Positions 27,269-40,634 of a stretch of DNA of 64,000 bases are shown here, one piece after another. The DNA comes from Eremomyces bilateralis CBS 781.70 (lineage: Eukaryota), in assembly GCA_010015585.1 (NCBI GenBank), contig ML975185.1, one strand, 5' to 3'. The position numbers and the translations under genes were made by a program. Under the pieces are notes generated by a model. That model was not told the DNA's origin and searched no databases. It worked only from the letters and a program-made list of their open reading frames with translations. Numbering within the stretch: the stretch's first letter is position 1; each line of letters opens with the position of its first letter.

Positions 27269-28824
27269 ATGGCCCCAGAATCGTCGGATGAGAACGACCA
27301 CTTTTCAGATGCAAGCGAAGGCCGAGAACCTATATCGAAGGAGTCCGGATCCGAAGACCACTCGTCTATACCGATTACAAGAGTCGAGAGAGTCGACAGC
27401 CAACCCGGATACGGCGAGGTCCCCGGCACCGAGGCATACAAACGTCGGGTGACCGATGCAGTCCCTGATGAAGTCGAAGTCGTACCGGAGGGATTAAGAA
27501 GCCGGAGCTCTTCGCGAGTAGGAGGGCGGGAGAGATCCCACACCATCGGCGGGACACCAATTCCTCGTACCGTCGTTGAAAAGGTGGACCCTGATGCCCC
27601 GAGCTATGGCGAAGTCCCTGGGACTTCGGCATATCACCTACATCTAGCAGATGCCCAACCCGATGAGATCCACAGAGCGCCTCCACAAGCAACTTCTCCC
27701 ATCGCAGGTATGTAAGTCTACTTAGTCTCGCAACTTTCAGGAACCATTGACCAATGAAGGGTTGCCAACGCTGTCTCATGATAGATCCGAAATATCCTCT
27801 GTTTCCCGAGAGGACGAACACCAAGGATCGTCCATGAGTGCTACTCAGGACGATGGTGGGGGTGGGAGTGGAGTAGACGACGAAGACCACCAAGAGTCTG
27901 GTGACGACTTCGACGATTTCGAGAGTGGGGAAGACGAAGATTTTGGGGATTTTGGAGAGGAGATAGGAGAGCAGCTTCCGCAGCCTAGTCTGACCGACCA
28001 ACCTCAAATCCATGCGTCCGTTGATGCACCTCCCCCGCATTATGTGAGTAGAATATGTCGATTTTTAATAGCATCGACCCGTCAAACCTTACCTCACGAC
28101 TAAGATGCTGATATTTCCATGCTAGAAACCCTTTGATTTCATGAAGTTTACATCAGCAGAGCAACTGCAAGGTGCATTACAACCCCATATTTTGGAGATT
28201 TTCTCCGAATCACCCAACGCGAACCGCAGAGATCCACTGGGCGAGGCCAATCCAATGTTGATGTCGGAGCGGAGTCAGTCCCTGTGGTCTCAGCTTGTAG
28301 CACCGCCGCCCCTGCAGCCCCCGAATTGGGTCCGGTCACGAATACGTCGCCTCTTTCTTGTTTCCTTGGGAGTTCCCGTCGACTTGGACGAGATCTTGCC
28401 GGCGAGCAAACAAAAGAAACTCATCTTACCATCCATCAACATCCCCGGTGATCGATCACCAAGAGTGTCATCCGACGAGCGAGGCATCGGTGCCATATCT
28501 CGCCTGAAGAAAAATAACGATTCCTCCGCATCGGTTACATCAACGGCTTCGAAATCAGAACGCAGGAGACGCGGTCCGCCGCCTCCACCTGCTTTAGATG
28601 TCAACCGTGCCAATTTACTTTGTTCCACGACTGATGCGGCCCTTGGCAACTTTACCGATGAGGAGCTTAAAGTTCACGTTCAATCTCTCCAGGTCTTCAT
28701 TGAGCGCGCCAAAGAGGTGCGGGAATACTGGGAGAAGCGGAAAGAGAGTGCGATCGGAAACAAAGAGGCATTCGAGGGTGTCATTGAGAATTTAGTGAAG
28801 CATGCAAAGAAAGTACGGAAATGA
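27269..28824 (+). CDS. Laa2/DUF5102-like AP-1 accessory protein
   Basis: Acidic DDFDDF/DFGDF gamma-ear-binding-type motifs and conserved block LWSQLVAPPPLQPPNWVRSRIRRLFLVSLGVPVDLDEILP. Introns 27708-27759 and 28044-28125 keep the frame. Confidence 0.7.
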
Positions 28825-30798
28825 GGTAGCTTCATACCGGGCTATGCCTCATTTCAGGACGAGTCCTGGCTTATTGGAGACAACACTTCTCCAAGGCGAT
28901 CATCTAGTTTCGCAATGCTGGACGCGATGCAGCACTTGTCTTCAAAATCCGTCATGCTTGGTCAGATGTCAAGCATGCACCGACGAAACATTGACGGACA
29001 GTTATGAGATTGAGACGGGTGGTCTAATGGATCACATTCGATGCGTGCGTACCTACCGCAAGCCTTGTATTAGATTCGATACGACCAACGTTAGGAAGCG
29101 CACGAAACAATTTGCAGCACGAGGCCGAGCTTCTGCTGTGGCCAGCAGCGACTCAGTGTCCTGTCCGGGTCCATTCCAGTAGCCGCAATACATGCATTGG
29201 ATGTGTATAAACCACTACAGCATGGAGTCATGAACACATGCATACCTTGTATCATGGTTTCAGGTGTGAAATGGATCTGGGGCGAGCGTCTCGACACTCC
29301 CAGCGTCTAGCCGGCTACTGGCGATGTGAGCGCATTGGGAAGAAGTACTATCAAATAGTTAGGGAGATATCAGACCTCGTACGCAGTATATAGTTAACAT
29401 TACTGGATGCCGATATTGTTGTAGGGCAGTTCCGCGTGCCAAATCGATGTGCATGAACGAAGCAGCTGGCCCTTTTGACCACTTGTGCTATCTCCACAAG
29501 TATATCATCGACGTATGTACACACCGTACAACCTTCAGATCTAGGGACGAGAGGTTGAAAGAAATCGCCCTCGCACATGGAGCCAGCTTTACTATCCGAC
29601 ACCACGATACCTAAATTTAGAGAGCCTCGAGGTTTCTCCTCTCTGGAAAGATTCGGTCGGCTAATTAGTTAAGTTCCGGAGTAGCTCCCGCAGTTTTGAG
29701 CAACAATCCCATGGAAGCCATGATACCCAATCTCCAAAATCAATCTGGCATTTTGGCCATTGATATTCGGTCAGGGGTTCCACCAGTGACTTATTCGTTA
29801 TTACGAAGTAAGTTAATATTTCAGTCTCCAGCTTATTACCGACATTTCCGTCTAGCAGTAGGAAGCCGCTGGAGGCGTGTAGGACGCAGCAGTCATCGTA
29901 GCACACTGCGCACTCTGGTCCGGCTGTTCTCAGTCCTACCTGAAGAAAGCTTGAAGGACACGACGGGATAAGGCCCGACCGAATTAAAGCATTTTCGTTT
30001 CTGAATGGCGAAAAAGGGTGACACGCTATCAGGCTCAGAAATCCGAACCTAACAGAAGCGTTAGTGGTGGATCGCACACGCTTTCCGTCCATGCTACCAA
30101 ATACAACATGAACCGAATGATGCTTGCGATCTTGTGGTTCCCTTGTCTTAGTTGAACGCCTTAAGTTAAACAATACACCTCATACAATATACATATAAAT
30201 ACCCATCCCAGAACTGAAGTGTCCGTCCGGTATCCGAATGAGCTTATTGTATTTCCTTCTGCCGCCTGCACCCTGCAGGCCCGTAGCCTCGCCTCATGCT
30301 TGCTATTGCCACTGTGCTAGGGGGGCCAGACCCCCTAAGGCCTATTAAGTCCACCGTCAATAATAAGGCTAGGCTGGTGATTTGGTGACTGACGTCCAAG
30401 CCAAGCGGTCTAGTCCGGTCTTTTTCCATACCCCTTCTTCACCCTTCGGCTACCTTGTCTGTGCTGAGGATCGGGAACTGAGGCTCTTCCATGCGTCTGT
30501 CCTTTCAGCTTCGTTCTGCGGCCAACGATGTACATCCGACTGCCACGCGCCAGCAGCTCGTACCCTCGTGAGAAAATACGCGGAAGGCGAGTTGGTGCGC
30601 CGGAGTCCTCCCCATCGACCTGCGAAATATGAGACGGAGAACGATATTCTGCAATTCGAATTCGAAGTCTCGATCAAGACGAATGAATGGGAGTTGACCG
30701 CGGTGTTGATCGGCGGTCCATTGTTCCTCGCGGCTGATCCTCCCAAAGCCTGGCATTGTGACGATCATCTCGACGCGATTATGTTAAGCCCGTTCAGA

Positions 30799-33700
30799 AT
30801 GCGAATCCCGATCCGGGAACAGCTTGCACTTCTGGTTTTGATATCCGCCTTGGTTGGACTTACTGTCATATCCGTCGCAACATGGATCACCAATCAGAAC
30901 TTCGTTCTAAGCGTTCGGTAAGGCTGGCATTCCCGCACTGTATCCTCAGAGGACTGACACAGAAAACAGGGCATCGGAACTCGCACTGACGGCGTCCCTG
31001 AAAGCGGCGCAACTCGCATCGAACTTGCAGTTGATGCAGTCCCTCGTCAGCACAGTCTCTACTCGATTGATCATCCAGCTCGCCCTCGAGCGCTATTACG
31101 GTGGAAATGATACCGAATCGAATTGGACGCGGTCCTTCGATGACATCCAGGCGGCTGTAAACGGAGTTCGCGACGGTGGTTTGGCTATGCAAGCCACCGT
31201 GTCGCTCAGAAATGAATCTACCGTCGTAGTGAATGCTACGGCTCCCGATCCAGTCGAGCTGCCGTACACATATCCGAATGGGACTCGAGTCACCCTTGGA
31301 GATGACAGTCCTGCGTACCCTCGTATAGGCTTCCCACCGCCGCTCTACCCGAATTTCACGTTCCTTTGTATTCCGCGAAACGAGAGTTTCTGTGAGCCTA
31401 GGGTGGAGTCGGACGGCTTCGTGCTGAGCCAGGACAATTCCCTGCTCCTTGGTCCATATATGATCAACGAGACGTTCGCCATGGTGTCGATCACTCGACC
31501 GATCATCAATAACGCATTGAACGCGGATATTCTGGGTTGGTTGACAACATGCTTTGACGCTCGGTTGATATTGGACGTCATCACGTCACGAGAAGGTTTG
31601 GATCAAACTGGCATCACCCTCGTTCTTGGTTCCGCGAACTCCACGAACCTTTTCCCTCCTGGCGTCGTATACAATGAAGGTGAATTCGACCAGTCTGCGC
31701 TCAACGATGAGCCTGTACGTTTTGTGCTATCTCCGAACGATACGTATGGAAGACATGGATTTCGTGCTACCTCCTCCTTACTGGAGAGTTTCCGTTTGGG
31801 TGACTTCCGAGGGCTTGCTCACGCTTTCAAAAGGTCGGACATGATCAACAATGCTGGAAGCATTATCCGCGCAAAGAACGAGGAGGGCAAGGAAGTGTCC
31901 ATTGGCTATGCCATGGCGCCGACGAATATTGTAAACTGGGTCATTGTCATCGAACACGCTCGTAGCGAGATCTGGGCGCCTATCAATAAACTTCGGACTA
32001 TTATTCTCGGTTGTATATTCGGAACAATTGGCGCCGTTCTTATCTTGGCCTTCCCGGCCGCTCATTACTCGAGTCGGCCTATCCGTAGACTGCGGGAGGC
32101 AACCAAGCAGTCAGTCGACCCTCCAGGTTACTCGCCAGAGGACGACCATCTATCCAGATCCAGTGGTCACAGCGACGGCCATGACGAGGAGCTAGCGCGG
32201 AAGGAAGGCTTCTTCGCGACCATTCGTCATTGGGGTCGCAACCGTGACTTGTCACGGGAGGAACGTCAGGATCTTCAACGCCGATGGCAGTTTCGCATCC
32301 CAGCGAAAGTGCGGGAACGAAAGCACCTGGTTCAGGATGAGCTTTCCGACTTGACCAAGACCTTCAATGAGATGACGGATGAGCTAATGATGCAATACAC
32401 GAAACTGGAGGAGCGTGTTCAGCAGCGTACGGCGGAGCTTGAGACGAGCAAGCGAGCGGCAGAAGCGGCCAACGAGAGCAAAACCTTGTTTATCGCAAAC
32501 ATCTCCCACGAGTTGAAAACACCGCTGAACGGCATTATGGGCATGTGCGCCGTGTGCATGGGCGAAGAGGATCCCGTCAAAGTCAAGCGTAGCCTTGGAA
32601 TCATCTACAAGAGTGGCGACTTGCTTCTCAACTTATTGACCGACCTCTTGACATTTAGGTACGTACGTATGATCCATGCGCTTATTCCGCTCCCTAACAA
32701 TCAGCAGTAAAAACCAGGTTGGACAGTACCTATCACTCGACGAAAAAGAGTTCAAGATCCGTGATATTAGTTCTCAGATTTTGGCCATTTTTGACAAGCA
32801 GTCGAGAGACAGCGGTATCAAATTGGCCGTGAAATTTGAAGGACCAACTGAAGCCAACATTGTGGATGGTGGACTTTCTGATAAACGAGAGATGGGGCCG
32901 TTTGGTACAGGCAAAGTCCGCAACTTGGTCCTCTGGGGTGACCAACACCGCATACTGCAGGTTGTGATCAACCTTATATCAAACAGTCTGAAGTTTACGC
33001 CGTCGAAAGGCAGCATAACCCTTACCATTCGTTGCCTCGGCGAGTGGGATCAGGCTAGCAGTAGTCGAAAGGGGTCGTTTGGGTCAAAACACAACAGTGG
33101 ACGCACATCCCAACCCAAAGCGTCGGATTCAGAAGGCAGCGTCGCAACTGGCAAGAATCACAGCACTGCGAACGAGATCAATCCATATGATCGACAATTT
33201 AGCAAGTTCCACGAGCGGAATTCCAGCCCTCCGCCAGGCAAGATACTGTTGTTCGAATTCGAGGTCAAAGACACTGGCCCTGGCGTCCCAGAACCTCTTC
33301 AACAGCGGATTTTTGAGCCATTCGTCCAAGGAGACTTGGGTTTGAGCAAGAAATACGGCGGAACCGGCCTCGGGCTCAGCATCTGTGCCCAGCTGGCGAG
33401 CTTGATGAAAGGTCACATGGTCTTACAGAGCGAAGATAGCAAAGGATCCACATTCACGATGCAGATACCGTTACGACATTTAAGTTCCCGCGCTGACAGT
33501 ACGGCTTCGTCCAGCTTGTCAGGAGCCGATCCGCATGCATCCGCAGACGATCTGAGGGCAACTCTGAAGACACCAGATTCAACACAAAGCGCGCCTGCCA
33601 GCACCGGACCTGGTCCAGTGCCTTTCGAAACGGACAGCAAGCCTCGATTAGTCGGGTTGAGTACGCCATTCTTCGCCAGCACGTCGCCGCTCGAAGGTCC

Positions 33701-34393
33701 CAATAGCCAGCAGGCGGCCATTCAAAGGGTTACTGCGGAGGCGACGAAGCGTGGAGATAAAGTGAAGGTTCTTGTTGCAGAAGACAACAAGACCAATCAG
33801 GAAGTGGTGCTGCGGATGCTGAAACTGGAGGATATCTTTGATATTACAGTCGCAGAAGATGGTCAAGAGGCGGTAGACCTGGTCCGGCAGAGTATGGAGA
33901 CGCACAATCCATACAACTTGATTTTCATGGATGTGCAGGTAAGTGAACTCTATCGTAATCCGGTCCCTCCTATCGTGACGCTGATGAATATCCTACGCAG
34001 ATGCCCAACCTAAATGGTCTGGAGTCTACACGCCTTATCCGACAATCTGGATACACGGCCCCGATCGTCGCTTTGTCCGCCTATTCCGAAGACGTTAACA
34101 TCAAAGAATGCCTCGAGTCGGGCATGAACGATTTTATCTCCAAGCCCATCCGCCGTCCACGACTCAAACAGGTCCTAAAGACATATTGTCCGCCGATTCC
34201 CGAAGAATCGGAAGAAGCTGGGCCGTCGCGGTCCAACTCGGACAAGGCCAGGGTGGATGGTAACTCCGGCGAGGAGTTGGCCGACGATACTAGAAATTTG
34301 TCGGTCGTCCACAACGCTGCTTCTGAGAACCCAATCATTGTTGGGGATGTCTCAACGCATGATTATCATAGAGGGAATCAACCAAAAAGTTGA
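30799..34393 (+). CDS. SLN1: Transmembrane hybrid histidine kinase (Sln1/TcsB group)
   Basis: Two TM segments, HAMP-like region, H-box [15 protein letters not shown]-box [11 protein letters not shown]-boxes DTGPG and [10 protein letters not shown], receiver domain VAEDN...FMDVQMP...KP; 3 introns. Confidence 0.92.
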
Positions 34394-35324
34394 TTCCTCA
34401 CAAAGTGCTTGGGCGATTTCGAATACCCCGTTTCCTACTCGTGGAGTTTTGTACATGGTTTGCTGCATCTTTTGTTAATGTGAGGATGCTACGACTACAT
34501 ATACCTGGACCTGGTGCTTATCGTACACCTGGAAGACCCCGTCCGGCTCCAGCATTTGTGGTTTGGCGTACACAGGACCAAGGGCACATATTGAAAAGTG
34601 TTTTGGACAGGATTTACGCATTCGAAGGCCAATGGTTGGGCTACGTTTCCATATACTGAGCGCTGGAGTTAGAGCATGGCAATATCTTGGAGGGGGAATT
34701 TCATCTGCTTGGACGTTATTTGGATATGACATTGTATATGTTCCGCAAGCTACGCGTCGAAGCTTCACGGAATACCATATGCCTTACGGAGAGTTTGCTG
34801 AGCGGGCTGGTTGTCTCTTCACATCTATTCCGTATTTTGGATAGGGACGAATCGAGGCTTTCCCAACGTATGGTCATCACACATGTAATAAATATTACAG
34901 TCTTCTAGGAGAAGAATTGATGGTAACACGCCATTGGCATACCCTTCAAGCCCACCCGAACTATCTGTACCTCTATCGCCTACCCAGGATGAAATTGCCA
35001 TCAAAATAGTAAATACCACCAGACACCACCAGCTCAGTTCTCGGTCCTCAGTCCTGGAGTCTGGACTGAGGTGAAATATCCCGAATCAGACTAGTGTCGG
35101 CAATAACTCAAAATTCAAAATTCCGTCTGTCTAATCACTAATGTCTAGCCGGCTTTGCCTGGGACCCGCGGGTTCCAGAATCCAAACCAAGGAACTCATT
35201 AATAATAGTGAATAGAGAGCTACTCTGACAGTATGTAGCTTGAGCCTTTTGCATCTCTACTACATATATCGGATTTCATATATTTGGAAGTTGCTTTTTC
35301 AAGCCACTCGGCGTGTGCTGTTGG

Positions 35325-37469
35325 ATGCTGGATGCTGTTGCGATGCCGGACTGGTACAACAGGTTACTGGGGCGAGAACATGGTGCTACATATACCGGAA
35401 CGAGACCGATCTTCTTTGATCTACGCAGCAACAAGTGGTTCGTCATAACATCCATCAGTTTAGCTGTATTTACAGTAAGTTGATTGCTTTTCCGCCTTCC
35501 GGAGTCCCGTCAGCATTACCAGACTCCCCTTCTTTCATTATTATCGGTCCTTATGCACCTGGTTGCCTCGAGGGTAGATGAAATTCGTGGCACACCATCT
35601 TTGACGAACTCGTCCACGCTGTCATAAAGACCAAAGATGGACATGTTAGACCGTTTGGCCAACCGGAGAATCATGTGGCTGTTCTTTGGCTTCCAGATAA
35701 AGTAATGTCTCAGGCATAGAACGCCTAGGCGTTTTCAAAACTCTAGAAGAGAATGTCAAAGGCTGGCAGACCATCAATTTCATCCATGCTGGGGTTATAC
35801 TGGTACCTCTGCTAGGCTTGAATGCGTGTCAGAGGTACCAGAGGCATCGAAGGCATCGCACTGCAGCGCTGAGTGGATGCCGAAAGGATCGAAGCTAACA
35901 AACAAACGACAGGACATCTTCCTCTACGCTGTTATAGTTCCCGTGATACCATTTGCCCTTTCGGGACGCTCAGGTGTTGCACCTGAACGAGGTGAGACAT
36001 GTCGCCGTTGTAACATGTACCCTACGGATGACTTATATCGGTACAGTTCAGTACTGGGTATCGGTTCTAATCGCCGTCTACGGCGCAGCATTATTCGTCG
36101 CTTCCCGTACTGTGACCTTAGGTTTTGAGTTTCAGTATACTCAAAACCCCACCCTCTACAGACGTCTTTCGCTGACTTTCATCCAGCAATATGCGGTTTC
36201 TTAGCAGACCGCACCAGCTCGCGTCGACTCCCTCTTCTCTGGGGTTTGATCGCTTTGGCTGCATCAACTGTGATTCTGAACGTCGGCTCTTCCGTCGCCG
36301 TGCTGATCGTTGGCCGGATTCTTCAGGGACTTTCCGCTGCCGTTGTTTGGGTGGTTGGCCTGGCGCTTCTCGTTGATACCGTAGGAGCCGGTGGTATTGG
36401 CGAGGCGGTCGGATGGATTGCCCTTTCAATGACCATGGGACTCATGCTTGGGCCACTACTCGGCGGTGTGGTCTACCAGCGAGCCGGATATAATGCCGTG
36501 TTTGCCATGGCGTATACACTAATCGGCATCGATATTATCCTGCGACTCATGCTTATCGAGCAGAAGGTTGCTCTTAGGTGGATCGAGAGAAAAGACGGAA
36601 AAAAGGAGGCGGTACAGCTAGAAAATCGCGATTCGAAAGACCCCCAGGAGCAATGCAAGCCTAAACCGGCTGTTGGTACGGAAGGGGCGGACGAGGGAAT
36701 CTCGCAAGGCATTGCACCCTCAGCAACGACCTTGCAGGGTGCGGTGGCTGTGCATCCACCGGTGCCAAAGCAAAAGGCCATCTTCGATCGTCTCCCTCCA
36801 GTCATCACACTCCTTGCTTCCCGCCGCATGCTTGCCGCGGTCTGGGGCATTATGGCGCAAGCATCTCTCTTGACGGCGTTTGACGCCACTCTACCGCTCT
36901 TCGTCGCCCAAACATTCGGGTGGGATTCTGTTGGTGCAGGCCTGCTATTCCTTACCATCGTCATCCCATCCTTTGTCTCACCAGTGGTTGGCAAACTCTC
37001 CGACAAATACGGTCCTCGGATCCCAGCGGCATTTGGATTCCTGTTCTCTGCACCGTTTCTAGTCCTGCTTCGATTCGTCGATCATAACTCCCTACGACAG
37101 AAGGTATTACTCTGTGCTTTGCTATCCATGGTGGGCTTCGCACTGGCTACCTGTCTCCCACCGCTCACAGCAGAGATATCATATTTGGTCGAGGCGAAGG
37201 AACGCCGTTCTCCCGGCCGGTTCGGTGCCAATGGTGCCATGGCACAAGCGTACGGCCTCTTCAACATGGCCTTTGCGGCTGGTTGTGCGATCGGTCCTAT
37301 TTGGGGAGGAATGGTGCTCGAGAAGGCTGGGTGGCCGACGATGGGCTGGAGCCTAGCCCTATTTAGTGGAGTCAGTGTAATTCCAGTTGCCATTTGGTGT
37401 GGTGGTAGCATCTTTAAAAAGAGGAGGCGGGCAGATGAAGAAGAGACGGGAAACGTTGGAAACGTATGA
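35325..37469 (+). CDS. MFS transporter (vesicular amine transporter / DHA1-like)
   Basis: Spliced LAVFT|DIFLYAVIVPVIPF, GRILQGLS, GPLLGG, GKLSDKYG; many hydrophobic helices. Long intron 1 (35475-35912). Confidence 0.88.
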
Positions 37470-38330
37470 GATTAATGACCCAGCCCGCTCCGCGGTGGCC
37501 GATTGATGGTCCCGAAGTTACCTCCAGAGGTTTCGAACACTCGCCATCTCCAGTCCCATCCGTCTTATTCTAGAAGGCCGCCAACTATCTCCTCCCCTTA
37601 CAAAGCATCGTTTCGTGATGGATTGTTGCAAGGGGCGGCACCAAGCAAGTTAGACCATCAACTTCAGGCCGCCACGGAAGTCCTTGTAAGTATCACATCT
37701 CCCCTCAATCTATAGAAGCATCTAGCGTGCCCGTTCACAATTCACATGTCATACCAGAGGAATACTCACTTCGTGTACACTCTTCATACTAAAGATATTT
37801 TCTGTCACTGAATTGGGGAACATTGTACTCGGGTCAAAGATAGGGGATGCGAATGCTCTCGCATCCTAAAGTGGTTGAACCAACCCCCTCACTGGAATGC
37901 GTTCTCTGCATAGCATCTACCCCAACCTCAACGTCATGCGTAATCATCGCATTATTTCCAGCCTCGCCAACTCGTACCGTGCAGTTTTCATATGAAATCT
38001 TCCATATATAAAGCAACTGTTTGTAAGGTCCCCATTTCCGTTTAACAGACTTATAGCACTCACAAAATGTTGTCAGTGACTATCCGAATTCCGATCCTTT
38101 ACTTCCTCATACTTCTCAGCCCGCTTGTCAGCCATTGCCTGTCGCTCCATGCTCATCGTCACTCGAACCGACATATGCACCGCCATTGAGCTGTCACGAG
38201 CATCCCCGGTATAATAACAATGCCAAAGGCAGACGGTTGAATCAGTGACCGCCCTTCCGGCACCAACAATTTTCCCACGGCGGACCCGGCTGTCGAGATC
38301 CTCCAAGATGTCCAGTTCCTATAGTCCCTC

Positions 38331-39028
38331 GTGAGTGAGCTGCCCAAAGACCTGCGGGATTTTCTCAAGGACATCGAATCAAGGCTCAATTTCTTAGAGA
38401 GCGGCCGAGCTGCGCTCTTGCCATCGGAAACATCAGGGCTCATTTCCTCAGGTCCTCAATCAGAAAAATGCGCTGTGCCACTGGCTCCACAGGCGACGGA
38501 AACTGCCTTATTTGTCAGTCTCCTTCCCCCTTTTCCTCGCCCCCCAGCAACCTCACCCTTGAACAAACGTGTCGCGCCAACTCCAGTACCACCGTCTTCT
38601 TCCTCATAGAATCTCTCCTGCCTCCCCACGTCTCTTATCTTCCCCGTTGCATCGACCCCTCCCCCTCCCACTCGACCCAAAGCATAGTGCCCGACTGCAG
38701 TTCCCTCACCGATGAGGCATTCCAATGCCAGATGTTTGGGCAAGTTGTTCTCGGAGCCATTTCCACAACCATGGATCTCTCAACCGGGCCGTCTTCGGCC
38801 CCAGGTGGTACTTCGGCGTTCGCATCCGCAGCCGAGCTATTTTGCCTAATTGACCTCGGAACGGGACCGGAACAGGGCCCCAAGCCTTTGGGCGATGCAC
38901 AGATCAATGGATTTGATATCTATGTACCGCAGATGCGGGAGGGGGTGGAAGGGGCACCTGGGGATGCATTAGTGAGGAACGAGTGGTTCGAGGTGTTTTA
39001 TCGCGGAGTTAAGGACAAGGATGGTTGA
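38331..39028 (+). pseudogene. Degenerate GH18 class III chitinase-like fragment (catalytic motif lost)
   Basis: LEQTC, DCSSLTDEAFQCQMFGQVVL and KPLGDAQINGFDIYVP echo class III chitinase blocks (CxxxxxDIxxCQxxGKKVLL; RPFGDAVxDGFDxDxE). In-frame TAG upstream at 38322 and an apparent frameshift. Confidence 0.45.
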
Positions 39029-40634
39029 AAAAGGGTATTTGTCCGGCAGTGTGCCATGCAGAGTGGATCCTGCTGTCGAAATGAAAATAAACACCACATT
39101 GGATGTGGTGTATTACCAGGAGGAGCGCTAAGACCATTAGACCAGCACTATAAGCAGATGTGAAAGCAGCTATCATCGTCTTACATTTAGTATCACTGTT
39201 GTTCCATATCTGACACAGAACTAATTAGGAGTTCGAGATCAATCATCAAACATGTGACCATCCAAGGAGGTACAATATTGATAGCATTAATAGTAAGAAT
39301 TCATACTATCCACTGAAGGCACTAAGAACCCATAACTCGAATTATTCTCTCCAATTAAATTAATCATTCCTTTTTCAGGTCATCAACTGCAGGATGGCTA
39401 TCGATTACTACAATATATGTACCATTAGCAGCACTTAAAATACCGGTCCGGTACTGTACCCTGCCATGTAAAGTACAGTGCTGATTCTCTAGTCAGTATT
39501 GAACTAGTCTGGTCAACAATACTGTTTACCAATAACTACTGTATACTGTACATTTTAGTACCACTTGTCCTATACCAGGCTAATATAACGTTTCCGTCTC
39601 ATTACTATCACATCTTCAGCACAATTATGAACATGAAGTAGTCTGTAGTAGACACACGCCTCACAACTCACAACTCACAAGAACTCCTAAGCACTCCTGT
39701 GATCCTTTCCCTGGCGCACCAACCCGTATCTGCATTATTCTGCATCGGATTCTGTATTCGGTATCACCACAGGACAGTGACAAGACACAGAAGACACAAG
39801 TCCCTGACCAGTGACCGGGAAAGACCGTTCCAGCTCCCGGCCCATTACTCCCTGTAAACACCACCTGTACTGGAATTTGGATCCAAGAATCCAAAGAAGT
39901 AAAGGATTAAAGAACCTCCCAGGATCCATTGATTAATCATTCAGATATTTGTGTTGATCCAGAATCCGGGATTGGGTTCGAGCTACTGTCATTTGCTGCT
40001 CTTGTGGCAGGCGGTCTCCGTCCTCCACACTCACTCCACAATCCACACTTTCATTCAGTGATACAACAGGACTGATCTGGAACTCCCTTCTACAATCCGC
40101 TCCGACCTGTTCCATTCCCTCCCTTCAACTCGCCATTTACGAGCCTTGCATCGCCTTCAAATCAACTCTTCCACCGACCCTCCACCTCCTTTCTTCCTGA
40201 TCCTCCCACCATTCCCATCTCTCCACCGATTCTGTCCTTGCCGACCGCCCTCCCACCCGCAACACTCAAACCGCCTCGTTTCAGGAGCCCGGTCGCTGCG
40301 CCTTGTTTAGCTGCTGCACAGGAGCTGTTCACGCCTTCGTTTTTACCCGTTTCGCGGCTCCCAACCCATCTGGCTCCGAGCACAAGACCAACCCAAAGTT
40401 CCGACCCTAAATTCCTCCCTTAACCCCCTCCCTGTTTACGAGGTCTATCCATCTGCCGCCGCTCCGATTCCCACCCTCCTACTTACGTCCATACGCACCA
40501 GTCGATTACTGAACTTGCAGTAACACCGGCCTTCGAACGAAGAACGAGGGCGTCCTCGATAGACGTCACGCGCGAATCTCCAAGCGTTTACAGGTTGTGG
40601 GTTTTCGAGAGGAGTAGCTGAACCGGCCAGCGCA

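Noticed and set aside
30382..30798. N-terminal extension of the histidine kinase suggested by the ORF track
   Set aside because: It starts at a non-ATG codon; the recognisable protein begins at MRIPIREQL (30799), or at ATG 30781.
39091..39111. Hairpin ACACCACAT-TGG-ATGTGGTGT as a terminator
   Set aside because: Eukaryotic context and only a 9-bp stem, plausible by chance.
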